Below are positions 20,485 to 29,872 of a stretch of DNA of 64,000 bases, in pieces. Positions within the stretch are counted from its first letter, which is position 1. Each line of letters opens with the position of its first letter. Under the pieces are notes generated by a model. The model was not told the origin of the DNA. It did no database searches and saw nothing but the letters and a program-made list of their open reading frames with translations. This DNA is from Cellvibrionales bacterium (GTDB lineage Bacteria; Pseudomonadota; Gammaproteobacteria; Pseudomonadales; GM7GCV1), in assembly GCA_014323765.1 (NCBI GenBank), contig JACONM010000012.1, forward strand, positions 12,814 through 76,813. Reading direction: 5' to 3'. The position numbers and the translations under genes were made by a program.

Positions 20485-21199
20485 TGTCGGTTCGAGGGGT
20501 GCCGAGCAGGGTAAAGAGTGTGGTGTGTAGGTGGTTGGCTTGGGGTTGGTAGGGCGTGGGGGGGGTTGAGGTGGTGGTTGGGGTTTTTAGCTCGGCGGTG
20601 TTTAGGTAGTCGGGGTGGTAGAGCTCGGCGATTAGGGCGTAATCTAGGGCGTGATCTGGGGAGGGTCCGGTGGCGGTCTGGCTTGCGATCTGGTGGGCGG
20701 GGCTGTGCTTGCTCAGGCGTAGCAAATATAGGCGGAGGGCTAGGGGTTGTGGGTGGGGGGTGAGTCGCATGTGGTGCTGGACCGTCTGGTTGAAACGCCG
20801 CGAGCTTGGGTTTTCGGTGCGTAGGGTTAGTTTGTGGGGGTGCCAGCCGGCGTTTTTTAACAGGGCACCGATTGAGCCGCCGGCCCGTATTTTTTGTTGG
20901 GTAGCGGCGAGCGGCGGGGTCGCGGGGAGGAAGCGGGTGAGGGCTAGGGTGCGGGCGGTGCGCTGGCCGCGGTGTTCGGAATATAGGCTGGACAGGCGCA
21001 GGTCGGCGGTCTGTTGCAGGATTTCGACACCGTAGCTGCCGTAGCGGCGGGCGATGCGCTCGCTGTTGAGTGGGGGGAGGGGAGATGCGGCGGGTGTGGT
21101 CGCAAAAGCCGGCGGCGCGGCACTGGGGTGCGGTGTTTTCAAGGGTGGCGCACAGGGCAAGGGCAGGGGGGGGTCAGGGCGTTCGTAGCACCATATCAT
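20468..21199 (-). CDS. Hypothetical protein with Thr/Pro-rich C-terminal tail (start uncertain)
   Basis: Track ORF 20468..21325. The upstream part overlaps the DUF3108 gene, so I suggest a start at ATG 21199 or an internal alternative codon. The middle (ERIARRYGSYGVEILQQTADLRLSSLYSEHRG...) looks protein-like. No family recognised. Confidence 0.35.
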   Translation of the reverse strand: MIWCYERPDPPLPLPCAPPLKTPHPSAAPPAFATTPAASPLPPLNSERIARRYGSYGVEILQQTADLRLSSLYSEHRGQRTARTLALTRFLPATPPLAATQQKIRAGGSIGALLKNAGWHPHKLTLRTENPSSRRFNQTVQHHMRLTPHPQPLALRLYLLRLSKHSPAHQIASQTATGPSPDHALDYALIAELYHPDYLNTAELKTPTTTSTPPTPYQPQANHLHTTLFTLLGTPRTDTIECL

Positions 21200-21863
21200 A
21201 GTCTGCGCCGGACTCGTCGCGGTGGTGGATGCGCAGCATTTCGTAGCCCATTTCTGGGGCCAGCCAGAGGGTGGTTTGGCGGCTTTCATCCTCGCTGGTG
21301 CGGCGCAGCAATACGGTTTTGACATCCTGCCCGCCCCAATCGATCAGCTCGGCGCCGCTGATCTCGAACTCGTAGGTCTTCGGTCGGCCGCGATTGATGA
21401 AGTGGTAGGTGAAGGTCGAACTTTCGCTGGTGGCGAGGTCGCGGGGGATCAGCAGCTGATAGAGGAGGCGGTCGAGGGTGCCGGGTTTTAATTCGGCAGT
21501 GCGGGTGGTTTTTTTGCGCTGCCAGGTGGCGGTGCCGGCCTGCCAGTCGAAGTGGGTGGTTTCGGTGCGGCGCGTTAGGCGGAGATAGCGCGCCTTGAAG
21601 CGGTGTTTGAGTGGCACGGGGTAGCCGGCCTCGTTTAGTCGGAAATGGCTGACTTCCTCGTAACGCCCCAGCAGGTTGCGCGCCGCCATTTTGAATTGCC
21701 AAGTGCCGTCTTCCATCTGTGTGAGCGAGCGCGTTGCCTTGGCGGTAAAGCCCGCAAAAGTGCTCTTGTAGCTGTGGGTGAACGGCTCTAGTGCGCTGGC
21801 TGTGGCGGCGCATAGCAGCAGGGCGAGGCCGGCTAAAAGTGGCAGGTAGGTGGAGCGGCGCAT
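21174..21863 (-). CDS. DUF3108 domain-containing secreted protein
   Basis: 229 aa with a signal peptide (LLLCAATASALEP). Beta-rich body, and the usual position next to purN. Confidence 0.7.
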   Translation of the reverse strand: MRRSTYLPLLAGLALLLCAATASALEPFTHSYKSTFAGFTAKATRSLTQMEDGTWQFKMAARNLLGRYEEVSHFRLNEAGYPVPLKHRFKARYLRLTRRTETTHFDWQAGTATWQRKKTTRTAELKPGTLDRLLYQLLIPRDLATSESSTFTYHFINRGRPKTYEFEISGAELIDWGGQDVKTVLLRRTSEDESRQTTLWLAPEMGYEMLRIHHRDESGADYDMVLRTP

Positions 21864-21875
21864 CTGGTTATTCCC

Positions 21876-22622
21876 CTAAACCCTATTCCAACTTAGAAGC
21901 CCATGATCCGCTCTGGTTCCCTCTTTTTGGGGTGGGTTTTTTGGGTGGGGCGGTGTGGCTGGCGCGTATATTTGGCCAGTGGGCGGTAGTGGCGCGCCGT
22001 CTAGCTCGGCCCCGCGGGCGGTCAGGTGCAGGCGATTTTGCAGGTGCCAGCGGATCGCGAGCGGGTAGATGCGGTGTTCGACGGTGGTGCGTACTCGCTC
22101 GCCTAGCGATTCGGGGTCGTCGCCGGGCCGGATCGGCACCTTGCCTTGCAGGATGGGCGGGCCGCCATCGAGCGTGGCGGTGACGAAATGCACGGTGGCG
22201 CCCTGTTCTGTGTCGCCCGCTTCGAGGGCGCGTTGGTGGGTGTGTAACCCGCGGTATTTGGGCAGCAGGGAGGGGTGGATATTGAGAATTTTGCCGGCGT
22301 AGCGGCGGACGAAATCGGCGGAAAGAATGCGCATAAAGCCGGCCAGTGCGATTAGGCTGGGGGTGTAGCGGTCGATGATCTGCGTCAGCGCGGCATCGTA
22401 GGCTTGGCGGGTGGGGTAATCGCGGTGTGGCAATTCCAGCGCGTCTATGCCGGCCCGTCTAGCGCGTTCCAGCCCGCCGGCACCCGCGATATTGCTGATG
22501 ACTGCGCAGACCTGCGCCGGTATGTGCCCCCGTTGGCAGCCATCGATAATGGCTTGCAGGTTGCTGCCGTTGCCGGAGATGAGCACCAGAATGGAGTTTG
22601 GGTTTTGCTGTCGATTTGGCAT
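21876..22622 (-). CDS. purN: Phosphoribosylglycinamide formyltransferase
   Basis: ILVLISGNGSNLQAIID...LAGFMRIL...NIHPSLLPKYRGLHTHQRALE...GATVHFV. Carries about 30 extra C-terminal residues compared with a typical PurN. Confidence 0.92.
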   Translation of the reverse strand: MPNRQQNPNSILVLISGNGSNLQAIIDGCQRGHIPAQVCAVISNIAGAGGLERARRAGIDALELPHRDYPTRQAYDAALTQIIDRYTPSLIALAGFMRILSADFVRRYAGKILNIHPSLLPKYRGLHTHQRALEAGDTEQGATVHFVTATLDGGPPILQGKVPIRPGDDPESLGERVRTTVEHRIYPLAIRWHLQNRLHLTARGAELDGAPLPPTGQIYAPATPPHPKNPPQKEGTRADHGLLSWNRV

Positions 22623-22649
22623 TCGCCACTTCCGGCTCGCTTTTGGCGG

Positions 22650-23708
22650 TTAGTTGAAAACCACTTGCGGCGCGCCGGGATCGCGCCGCGCAACCTGGCC
22701 GATGTGCAGGGCCTTTTCGCCGTTGGCCTGTAGCAGGTCCAGGGCCGTTTGCGCCTGCGCCTCGGGCACCACTAGGACCATCCCGATGCCGCAGTTGAAG
22801 GTGCGGCGCATTTCCGTCTCGTCAAGGTCGCCTTGCTCTTGCAGCCAGCCGAACAGCTGTGGCACCCGCCAGCTGGAGCGGTCGATGCGGGCGCAGGTTT
22901 TTTCCGGCAGGATCCGTGGCAGGTTTTCCAGCAGGCCGCCGCCGGTGATGTGCGCTAGGGCTTGGAGCTCGATATTTTTGCGCAGTTGCAGGATTTGTTT
23001 GACGTAGATGCGGGTCGGTTCCAGCAGGACATTGGCTAGGGGGCGGCGACCGAGTCGGGCGGTGAGCGGGTCGATCTTGCGATGTTGCAGGATCTTGCGC
23101 ACTAAGGCATAGCCGTTGGAATGCAGGCCGCTGGAGCGCAGTGCCAGCAGCTGGCTACCGGCGCGGACCTCGACTCCGGAGATAATTTCCGCCTTTTCCA
23201 CCACCCCTAGGCAGAAGCCGGCCAGATCGTAATCGCCTTTTTTGTACATGCCCGGCATCTCGGCGGTTTCGCCGCCCACCAGTGCGCAGCCGGCTTGTTC
23301 GCAGCCGGCCCCTATGCCGGCGATGACTTGGGTGGCGACCTCTATATCGAGTTTGCCGGTCGCGTAGTAGTCGAGAAATTGCAACGGTTCGGCGCCGGTG
23401 ACCAGCAGGTCGTTGACGCACATGGCGACCAGATCGATGCCGATGTTCTGGTGCTGATGGCAGGCGATGGCCAGTTTGAGCTTGGTGCCTACGCCGTCTG
23501 CGCCGGTGACCAGCACGGGATTCTTGTAGTGGCCGGGGATCTGGCAGAGGGCCCCGAACCCGCCGAGGCCGGACATGACTTCCGGGCGGCGGGTTTTGGC
23601 GGCGATCGGGCGGATATGCTCCACCAGCTGGGCGGCGGCATCGATATTCACGCCGGCACTTTTGTAGGTTAGGCGGGTTTGGGTGCCGCTTTGCTTTTTT
23701 TGGTTCAT
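22650..23708 (-). CDS. purM: Phosphoribosylformylglycinamidine cyclo-ligase (AIR synthetase)
   Basis: [13 protein letters not shown]...GGFGALC...[14 protein letters not shown]...[23 protein letters not shown]. Confidence 0.95.
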   Translation of the reverse strand: MNQKKQSGTQTRLTYKSAGVNIDAAAQLVEHIRPIAAKTRRPEVMSGLGGFGALCQIPGHYKNPVLVTGADGVGTKLKLAIACHQHQNIGIDLVAMCVNDLLVTGAEPLQFLDYYATGKLDIEVATQVIAGIGAGCEQAGCALVGGETAEMPGMYKKGDYDLAGFCLGVVEKAEIISGVEVRAGSQLLALRSSGLHSNGYALVRKILQHRKIDPLTARLGRRPLANVLLEPTRIYVKQILQLRKNIELQALAHITGGGLLENLPRILPEKTCARIDRSSWRVPQLFGWLQEQGDLDETEMRRTFNCGIGMVLVVPEAQAQTALDLLQANGEKALHIGQVARRDPGAPQVVFN

Positions 23709-23781
23709 AGGGCGGGGGCGGGTTGTGGAGGGCGCATTTTAGCAGTAAGCGGTCGGGGGCTAGGTGTGCTTTTGCGCTAAA

Positions 23782-25035
23782 ATGACCGCTTTGCTTGCGG
23801 AATTGCCCGTGCCCCGCTGCGTCTTGTTCGTTTTGTTGGCCCTGTTGGCGTCGCCGCCGGGGTGGGCGGCGGAGTCGGTTGAGCGGCTCTATGAGACGGT
23901 GGTGCGCATCGCCGATCGGACGGAGGCGACCCGCCAGCAGGCGGTGCGTGATGGGTTTGCGCAGGTGCTGGTGCGCCTGACTGGTTACAGCCGGGTGGCG
24001 CAGCTGGCGGGGGTGGCGGGCGAGCTGGCGCGGGCGCAAACCTATTTGCTCGAATCCAGCGTGGAGCGGGCCCCGGTGGTGGCCGCCGATCGGCTCGGCA
24101 CGGAGCAGGGCGACCTGCTTTGGGTGCGCTTTAATCGCGCCTTGGTCGATGCGCTGGTCGAGCGGTTGGAATTGCCGGTCTGGCCCGCCTTGCGCCCGAG
24201 CTTGGCTTATGTGGCGGTCAGCGACCATTGGGGGGTGCCGGCGATTCCCACCGCTGCAGAGCATCCGGCCCTCTGGTTGCGGTTACAAAGCCTGTTTGCT
24301 GGGCGCGGTTTGGTGGCGGGGGCGTTGGACGTGGCACAGCTTGGTGGGTTGGCGGCGGCAGATCTGTGGAATCTGGATGCGCGGGGTGTGCGGCGATTGC
24401 GGCGGGTGCGTGAGCGGGCTGGGGTGGATATTCTGGCATTGGTGCGCGCTGAGCGGCTGGCGGGCGGGGCGCGAGTCGATTTTTTGTTTTTGGCGGCGGA
24501 CGGTGCGACCGTGCGGGGTTCTGGGCTGTATCCGGATCTGTTGGCCGGTTTGGCGGCGGGGGTGAACTCCTATATCGATGATCTGGCGTTGGGGCTGTCT
24601 TTTGTCGGCGGTGCGACGGCGCAGCGGGCGTTGCGGGTGCGGGTGGAGGGGGTGCGCACGCGGGCGCAATATCGGCGAATTTTGCGGCTGGTCGCCGGGC
24701 TGGAGCAGGTGAGCGCGGCGCATTTGCATAGCATTGACGACCGCGGCATGACCTTGGCGGTGCGCTATCAATCGGACGTGCGGCTGTTGCAGGATGCCAT
24801 TGTCGAGCTGGCCGGGCTGGAACAGGCTGCGCCCGCGGCGGCGGAACAGTTCGCCGTGGATCTTGGCGGTCGCCCGCGGATGTTGCGGTTTTATGATCCA
24901 AGCTCGGCGTTTTTGACCCGCGAGCAGTTTAAGGCCGGGCCGCAGGGTGCTGGGCGCATTGCGTTTGAAGACCTGCCGCAAGAGTCGGGCACCGAAGCGG
25001 GGCCGCGGCAGGGTCGCCTTGAACCGCCCCCATGA
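23782..25035 (+). CDS. DUF2066 domain-containing protein
   Basis: Track ORF trimmed to ATG 23782. Signal peptide followed by ESVERLYETVVRIADRTEATRQQAVRDGFAQVLVRLTG. Conserved position between purM and hda. Confidence 0.7.
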   Translation: MTALLAELPVPRCVLFVLLALLASPPGWAAESVERLYETVVRIADRTEATRQQAVRDGFAQVLVRLTGYSRVAQLAGVAGELARAQTYLLESSVERAPVVAADRLGTEQGDLLWVRFNRALVDALVERLELPVWPALRPSLAYVAVSDHWGVPAIPTAAEHPALWLRLQSLFAGRGLVAGALDVAQLGGLAAADLWNLDARGVRRLRRVRERAGVDILALVRAERLAGGARVDFLFLAADGATVRGSGLYPDLLAGLAAGVNSYIDDLALGLSFVGGATAQRALRVRVEGVRTRAQYRRILRLVAGLEQVSAAHLHSIDDRGMTLAVRYQSDVRLLQDAIVELAGLEQAAPAAAEQFAVDLGGRPRMLRFYDPSSAFLTREQFKAGPQGAGRIAFEDLPQESGTEAGPRQGRLEPPP

Positions 25036-25730
25036 ACCGCCCCCATGAGAGGCAGTTGCCGCTGGCGGTGCGCCTCGATGACAGCGCGACCTTCGCCAAT
25101 TTTTACGCCGGCCCGGAATCGCCCAATCGGTTGCCGCTGCATGCCTTGACCGCGGGGGGTGCTGGGCAGCTGCTGTATTTGTGGGGGGAACCGGGGGCCG
25201 GGCGTTCGCACCTGTTGCAGGCGGCGGTGCGCGAACAGGCTGGGCAGGCCCTCTATTTGCCATTGGCTGAGCTGGCCGCGGCGGATCCTGGGGAGGTGCT
25301 GGCTGGGCTGGAGCGGTGCGTTCTGCTGGCGTTGGATGACCTGCACAGCGTCTGCGCCCGTCCTGCTTGGGCGGTGGCACTTTTTCACCTTTACAACCGT
25401 TTGACGGAGGCGGAAGGTCGGCTGCTGGTCAGTGCTGCTTGCGCACCGGCGGCGTTGGATTGTGCGCTGGAGGATTTGCGTTCGCGACTGGCGGCGATGC
25501 AGGTGCATCGGTTGCATGCGCTGGACGATGCGGGCAAGCGCGAGGCTCTCATAGTGCGGGCGCGCAACCGTGGGCTGGTATTATCCGCGCCTGTGGCCGT
25601 TTATCTGCTGACCCATTTTCCGCGCGGCATCGGCGAGCAAATGGCTTTTCTGGAGCGGCTGGACCGTGGCTCGCTGGTCGCTAAAAAGGGGCTGAGCCTG
25701 GGGCTGGTAAAGCAGATTTTGGGAGGGTGA
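25032..25730 (+). CDS. hda: DnaA regulatory inactivator Hda
   Basis: QLPLAVRLDDSATFANFYAG...LLYLWGEPGAGRSHLLQA...LALDDL; AAA+ Hda pattern. The start overlaps the upstream stop. Confidence 0.88.
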   Translation: MNRPHERQLPLAVRLDDSATFANFYAGPESPNRLPLHALTAGGAGQLLYLWGEPGAGRSHLLQAAVREQAGQALYLPLAELAAADPGEVLAGLERCVLLALDDLHSVCARPAWAVALFHLYNRLTEAEGRLLVSAACAPAALDCALEDLRSRLAAMQVHRLHALDDAGKREALIVRARNRGLVLSAPVAVYLLTHFPRGIGEQMAFLERLDRGSLVAKKGLSLGLVKQILGG

Positions 25731-25736
25731 TGACGC

Positions 25737-26141
25737 ATGGCGGAGCCAAAATCAAAGACCGATTGGCGCGACCGACTCAGTGCCGAGGAATACCGCGTTT
25801 GCCGTGAGCGCGGCACCGAGCGTGCCTTCAGTGGCAAATACTGGGACCACTGGGAGCCGGGCGAATACCGCTGCACCTGCTGCGGTGCTCGGCTGTTCGA
25901 TGCGGACAGCAAGTTCGATGCGGGCTGCGGTTGGCCTAGCTTCTCTCAGCCCGCCGCGGGGGCGGACATCGCCGAACATGCCGATGACAGCCTAGGGATG
26001 CGCCGTACCGAGGTACGCTGCGCCAAATGTGACTCGCACCTAGGGCATGTGTTTGCCGATGGGCCGGACCCGACGGGCTTGCGCTACTGCATCAATTCGG
26101 TTGCCATCCGCCACCAGTCCGAGGGCGGGTCGGGCGACTAG
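25737..26141 (+). CDS. msrB: Peptide-methionine (R)-S-oxide reductase
   Basis: [25 protein letters not shown]...[11 protein letters not shown]...CGWPSF...[19 protein letters not shown]. Confidence 0.95.
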   Translation: MAEPKSKTDWRDRLSAEEYRVCRERGTERAFSGKYWDHWEPGEYRCTCCGARLFDADSKFDAGCGWPSFSQPAAGADIAEHADDSLGMRRTEVRCAKCDSHLGHVFADGPDPTGLRYCINSVAIRHQSEGGSGD

Positions 26142-26165
26142 TGTCGTATTTGCCGAGTCTGCGGC

Positions 26166-26194
26166 TTGACAGGGCCGGGGGCAGTTCATAGAAT
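26166..26194 (+). promoter_or_regulatory. Sigma70 promoter of the tRNA-Glu/tRNA-Gly operon
   Basis: TTGACA (26166-26171), 17 nt, TAGAAT (26189-26194), about 60 nt upstream of tRNA-Glu. Confidence 0.65.
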
Positions 26195-26255
26195 GGCGGT
26201 CTCTCGCGGTGGGGTTTGGGAAGGTTGGACATGGGGCCCCATCGCGAGAGCTTAG

Positions 26256-26331
26256 GTCCCGTTCGTCTAGTGGCCTAGGACCCCGCCCTTTCACGGCGGT
26301 AACAGGGGTTCGACTCCCCTACGGGACGCCA
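26256..26331 (+). tRNA. tRNA-Glu (anticodon TTC)
   Basis: GTCCCGTTCGTCTAGTGGCCTAGGACCCCGCCCTTTCACGGCGGTAACAGGGGTTCGACTCCCCTACGGGACGCCA. Cloverleaf with anticodon loop CTTTCAC and encoded CCA; near-identical to enterobacterial tRNA-Glu. Confidence 0.95.
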
Positions 26332-26394
26332 TTTCCGCCCGTGCGCACAATGGGCTTGGTGGCTTAGCAGTTTGGTAGATCGCATCGCCGCATT

Positions 26395-26470
26395 GCGGGA
26401 ATAGCTCAGTTGGTAGAGCGCAACCTTGCCAAGGTTGAGGTCGCCGGTTCGAATCCGGTTTCCCGCTCCA
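26395..26470 (+). tRNA. tRNA-Gly (anticodon GCC)
   Basis: GCGGGAATAGCTCAGTTGGTAGAGCGCAACCTTGCCAAGGTTGAGGTCGCCGGTTCGAATCCGGTTTCCCGCTCCA. Anticodon loop TTGCCAA, encoded CCA. Confidence 0.95.
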
Positions 26471-26481
26471 AGGAATAATTC

Positions 26482-27270
26482 ATGCAATTAAGCAGTTTGC
26501 TCGCGCAGAAAATTGCCGCCACTGCGATTATTCGTGCGCCAGTGCGGCATCTGATTATCGATGAGATGTTGCCGACGGAGTTTGCCGAGACGCTATCCGC
26601 CGAATTTGGCGATTACACCGGCGAGCATTGGCACCGATACAGCAATAGCATTGAAGAAAAACGCACGTGCAATCAATGGAATCTATTTGGCAAAACCACC
26701 TATCAATACTTTCAGGCCATGTGTTGCCAAGCGGTGAGTGCGGCGATCGCTGAAAAATTTGCTATTGAAGTGGCGGCGGATTTTGGCCTGCACGGCGGCG
26801 GGCAACATATTCACGCCCGGCTGGGCAACTTAAATCCGCATCTGGATTATGCCATTCATCCTAAATTAGGTTTGGAACGGCGGTTGAATGCCATCTATTA
26901 TTTGACCGATGATTATCGGGAAAGTGACGGGGGGCATTTTGGCCTCTGGGACAATGATTCTGCCGAGTCGCCCGGCGAATTGGCGCAAGAATACGCGCCG
27001 TTTTTCAATCGTTTCATATTATTTGATACCAGTGAAAATTCTTGGCATGGGCTGTCGCGCATTTATGCCCCACCGCATGCGGCAAAGCGTTATCGCAAGA
27101 GTCTGGCAACCTATTATGTCGCCGCTGTAAGAGCCTGTGCATTCACGCATTCACGTGCCCGCTTTGCGCCGCGCGAAGAGCAAAAGGGCAGGGCGGAGGT
27201 CATGCATGAAATTGCATTGCGCGCCGATGAACGGACCTATCGGCAGGCATATAGAATTGCGCAAAAATAG
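26482..27270 (+). CDS. 2OG-Fe(II) oxygenase superfamily protein (prolyl-hydroxylase-like)
   Basis: 262 aa. HxD...H facial triad candidates (NPHLDYAIHP ... NSWHGLS) and FNRFILFDTSE. Starts 11 nt after tRNA-Gly. Confidence 0.6.
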   Translation: MQLSSLLAQKIAATAIIRAPVRHLIIDEMLPTEFAETLSAEFGDYTGEHWHRYSNSIEEKRTCNQWNLFGKTTYQYFQAMCCQAVSAAIAEKFAIEVAADFGLHGGGQHIHARLGNLNPHLDYAIHPKLGLERRLNAIYYLTDDYRESDGGHFGLWDNDSAESPGELAQEYAPFFNRFILFDTSENSWHGLSRIYAPPHAAKRYRKSLATYYVAAVRACAFTHSRARFAPREEQKGRAEVMHEIALRADERTYRQAYRIAQK

Positions 27271-27331
27271 CCTGAACGCGGGCAGTTTTCGCAAGTTTGT
27301 ATTCGTGCGCTGTATTGGCTGAGATTTTATT

Positions 27332-28870
27332 ATGCAACCGCTCGTTTCTCCTGCATCGGATACCCGGTTTTTCGGCCATCCCCGCGGTTTAGCGGTGTTG
27401 TTTGCCGCCGAGATGTGGGAGCGTTTTTCTTATTACGGCATGCGCACGTTGTTAATTTTTTACCTGACCCAGCATTTTTTGTTTGCCGATGAAAAGGCGT
27501 ACTTGATTTACGGTGCCTACACGGCGTTGGTGTATGTGATGCCGGTTATCGGCGGCATTCTAGCAGACCGCTATTTGGGGGCGCGTAAGGCGGTTACCTT
27601 TGGAGCTTTGCTACTGGTTATTGGCCACTTCGGTATGGCTTTTGAAGGGCCGGCGGCAGTGGCCGATGGCGAGACCGTTGCCCGGCACCCAGTCTATTTG
27701 CAGATATTTTATTTATCGCTGGCTTTTATTATTGCCGGGGTCGGATTCCTCAAAGCCAATATCTCTACCCTGGTCGGTTTGCTCTATGAAGCTGGCGATA
27801 CGCGCCGCGATGGCGGTTTTACCATTTTTTATATGGGCATCAATATCGGGGCCTTTTTTGCGGCACTGCTATGCGGTTGGTTGGGGCAGACTTATGGCTG
27901 GGCTTATGGATTTGGGGTGGCTGGCATCGGTATGTTATTTGGGATGCTGATTTTTCTGCGTGGGCAGCCTTTGCTTGCCGGCCGCGCGGATCCGCCTGAT
28001 GCCGAGCTATTGCAAGAGCGGGTATTTTTGGGGGTAGATCTCGAGCGAGGTATTTACCTTGGCGGGTTGGCTGGCGTGGTAATTTTGTGGCAGCTCATTC
28101 AGCATCAAGAATTGGTCGGTAATTTGCTGTTTGGTTTTGGCGGGCTGATGCTGCTGGTGGTGTTGGTTTATTCCTTCACCCGCTGCACCCCCATCGAGCG
28201 CGATCGCATGCTTACCGCCGCCGCACTGATTTTGTTTTCTATCTTATTTTGGGCCCTGTTTGAACAGGCGGGATCTTCGCTGAACCTATTTGCGGACCGC
28301 TCGATTGAGAGAAATCTGTTTGGCTGGGAAGTGCCGGCTTCCATGTTTCAATCGCTCAATGCCCTATTTATTTTTCTTTTGGCACCGCTGTTTGCATGGG
28401 GGTGGACGCGATTAGCGGCGCATAACCGGGAGCCATCGACACCGGTTAAATTTGCCCTGGCTATTTTGCAGGTGGGTCTGGGTTTTCTGGTGCTAGTCTG
28501 GGGAGCGGGTTTAGCTGGGGAGGGCAAGACGGCCATGCTCTGGCTGGTGCTGATTTACTTGCTGCACACCACCGGTGAACTCTGTATTTCACCGGTGGGG
28601 CTGTCGATGGTTACTAAGCTGAGCGTGCGGCGGGTCGTGGGTATGATGATGGGGGTGTGGTTTTTGGCTGTGGCGGCGGCGAGTTATATCGCCGGACAGA
28701 TCGCGGGCTTTACTGGTTCGGCGGCACCGGCAGAGACTCTAGACGCAGCGGTTGCAACGGCGCAGGCGGTGGAAGTCTACACTCGGGTCGGTTGGTTGGC
28801 GGTAGCGGTGGCAGGGATCCTCTTTCTGCTAGCGCCCATCCTGCGCCGCGGCATGCACGGTGTGCGCTAA
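27332..28870 (+). CDS. POT/PTR2 family di-/tripeptide:proton symporter
   Basis: FFGHPRGLAVLFAAEMWERFSYYGMRTLLIFYL carries the ExxERFxYYG motif. About 14 TM helices. Confidence 0.88.
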   Translation: MQPLVSPASDTRFFGHPRGLAVLFAAEMWERFSYYGMRTLLIFYLTQHFLFADEKAYLIYGAYTALVYVMPVIGGILADRYLGARKAVTFGALLLVIGHFGMAFEGPAAVADGETVARHPVYLQIFYLSLAFIIAGVGFLKANISTLVGLLYEAGDTRRDGGFTIFYMGINIGAFFAALLCGWLGQTYGWAYGFGVAGIGMLFGMLIFLRGQPLLAGRADPPDAELLQERVFLGVDLERGIYLGGLAGVVILWQLIQHQELVGNLLFGFGGLMLLVVLVYSFTRCTPIERDRMLTAAALILFSILFWALFEQAGSSLNLFADRSIERNLFGWEVPASMFQSLNALFIFLLAPLFAWGWTRLAAHNREPSTPVKFALAILQVGLGFLVLVWGAGLAGEGKTAMLWLVLIYLLHTTGELCISPVGLSMVTKLSVRRVVGMMMGVWFLAVAAASYIAGQIAGFTGSAAPAETLDAAVATAQAVEVYTRVGWLAVAVAGILFLLAPILRRGMHGVR

Positions 28871-28930
28871 AAATAAACTCGCCTATTCAATGACGCAATA
28901 AAAATAGCAATTTCCGCTAAAGTCTGAGCA

Positions 28931-29872
28931 ATGTCCGCAGCACTTTCCATAACCGGTCTATGCAAAACCTATGAAAATGGTTTTGTCGCCTTGGACGATC
29001 TCAATTTGCAGGTAGAAGAAGGCGATTTCTTTGCGTTGCTTGGTCCCAATGGCGCGGGTAAATCTACCACTATCGGGATCCTCTGTTCGTTAATTCGCAA
29101 AACCAGCGGGCAGGTAGCAGTCTTCGGAGTGGATATCGACCGCGACTTTTCCGCCGCCAAAAACAATATTGGCGTGGTGCCGCAAGAGTTTAATTTTAAT
29201 ACTTGGGAGAAAACCTACGACATCTGTGTAACTCAAGCCGGCTATTATGGGCTGCCACGCTCGCTGGCGCATGAGCGTGCCGCTAAATATATAAAGCTAC
29301 TAGGGCTGTGGGACAAACGCAACAGTATTTCCCGCGGCCTATCAGGTGGAATGAAACGGCGATTAATGATCGCACGGGCACTAGTCCACGAGCCGCGCCT
29401 GCTGATATTAGATGAGCCGACCGCCGGGGTGGACATTGAGTTGCGCCGTTCCATGTGGGATTTTCTGCGCCAGATTAACGCCGCCGGTACCACCATTATC
29501 TTGACGACCCATTATTTGGAAGAGGCCGAGTCGTTGTGCCGCAATCTGGCTATTATCGACCGCGGGCGAATTGTGCGTGACACTAGCGTCCGCGCTCTGC
29601 TACGTGAGCTAAATCGTGAGACCTTTATTTTTGATATGGAAGGCAACTTGAACGCACCGCCAAATATTGATGGATATACCGCTCGCCTGATCGATGCCAA
29701 TAGCTTTGCGGTCGATCTATTGAAGGGGCAGGCACTCAATGACGTTTTTAGCGCGCTCAATAATCAGGGAATAAAAATTACCAGTATGCGCAACAAAGCC
29801 AATCGCCTAGAGGAAATGTTCATTGCTATGACCGGTAGCGGTGACGGCAGCGATGGAGAGTCGCCATCATGA
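28931..29872 (+). CDS. ABC transporter ATP-binding protein (YadG-like)
   Basis: Walker A GPNGAGKST, signature LSGGMKRR, Walker B LLILDEPTAGVD. Confidence 0.88.
   Translation: MSAALSITGLCKTYENGFVALDDLNLQVEEGDFFALLGPNGAGKSTTIGILCSLIRKTSGQVAVFGVDIDRDFSAAKNNIGVVPQEFNFNTWEKTYDICVTQAGYYGLPRSLAHERAAKYIKLLGLWDKRNSISRGLSGGMKRRLMIARALVHEPRLLILDEPTAGVDIELRRSMWDFLRQINAAGTTIILTTHYLEEAESLCRNLAIIDRGRIVRDTSVRALLRELNRETFIFDMEGNLNAPPNIDGYTARLIDANSFAVDLLKGQALNDVFSALNNQGIKITSMRNKANRLEEMFIAMTGSGDGSDGESPS

Noticed and set aside
20518-21035. Plus-strand G-rich ORFs (81 and 121 aa: WCVGGWLGVGRAWGG...)
   Set aside because: Gly/Trp/Arg-rich translations of a G/T-rich strand. The minus-strand frame looks more protein-like, although it is itself uncertain.
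23155-24264. 369-aa minus-strand ORF spanning purM and the purM/DUF2066 intergenic region
   Set aside because: Arg/Pro/His/Gly-rich nonsense composition typical of off-frame reading of high-GC DNA. It overlaps two well-supported genes..
24218-25517. Three long minus-strand ORFs (227, 365 and 208 aa) antisense to DUF2066 and hda
   Set aside because: Pro/Arg/Ala-rich low-complexity translations with no motifs. They are explained by GC3-rich coding on the opposite strand.
26275-26487. 70-aa minus-strand ORF
   Set aside because: It runs antisense across tRNA-Glu and tRNA-Gly, so it is an artefact.
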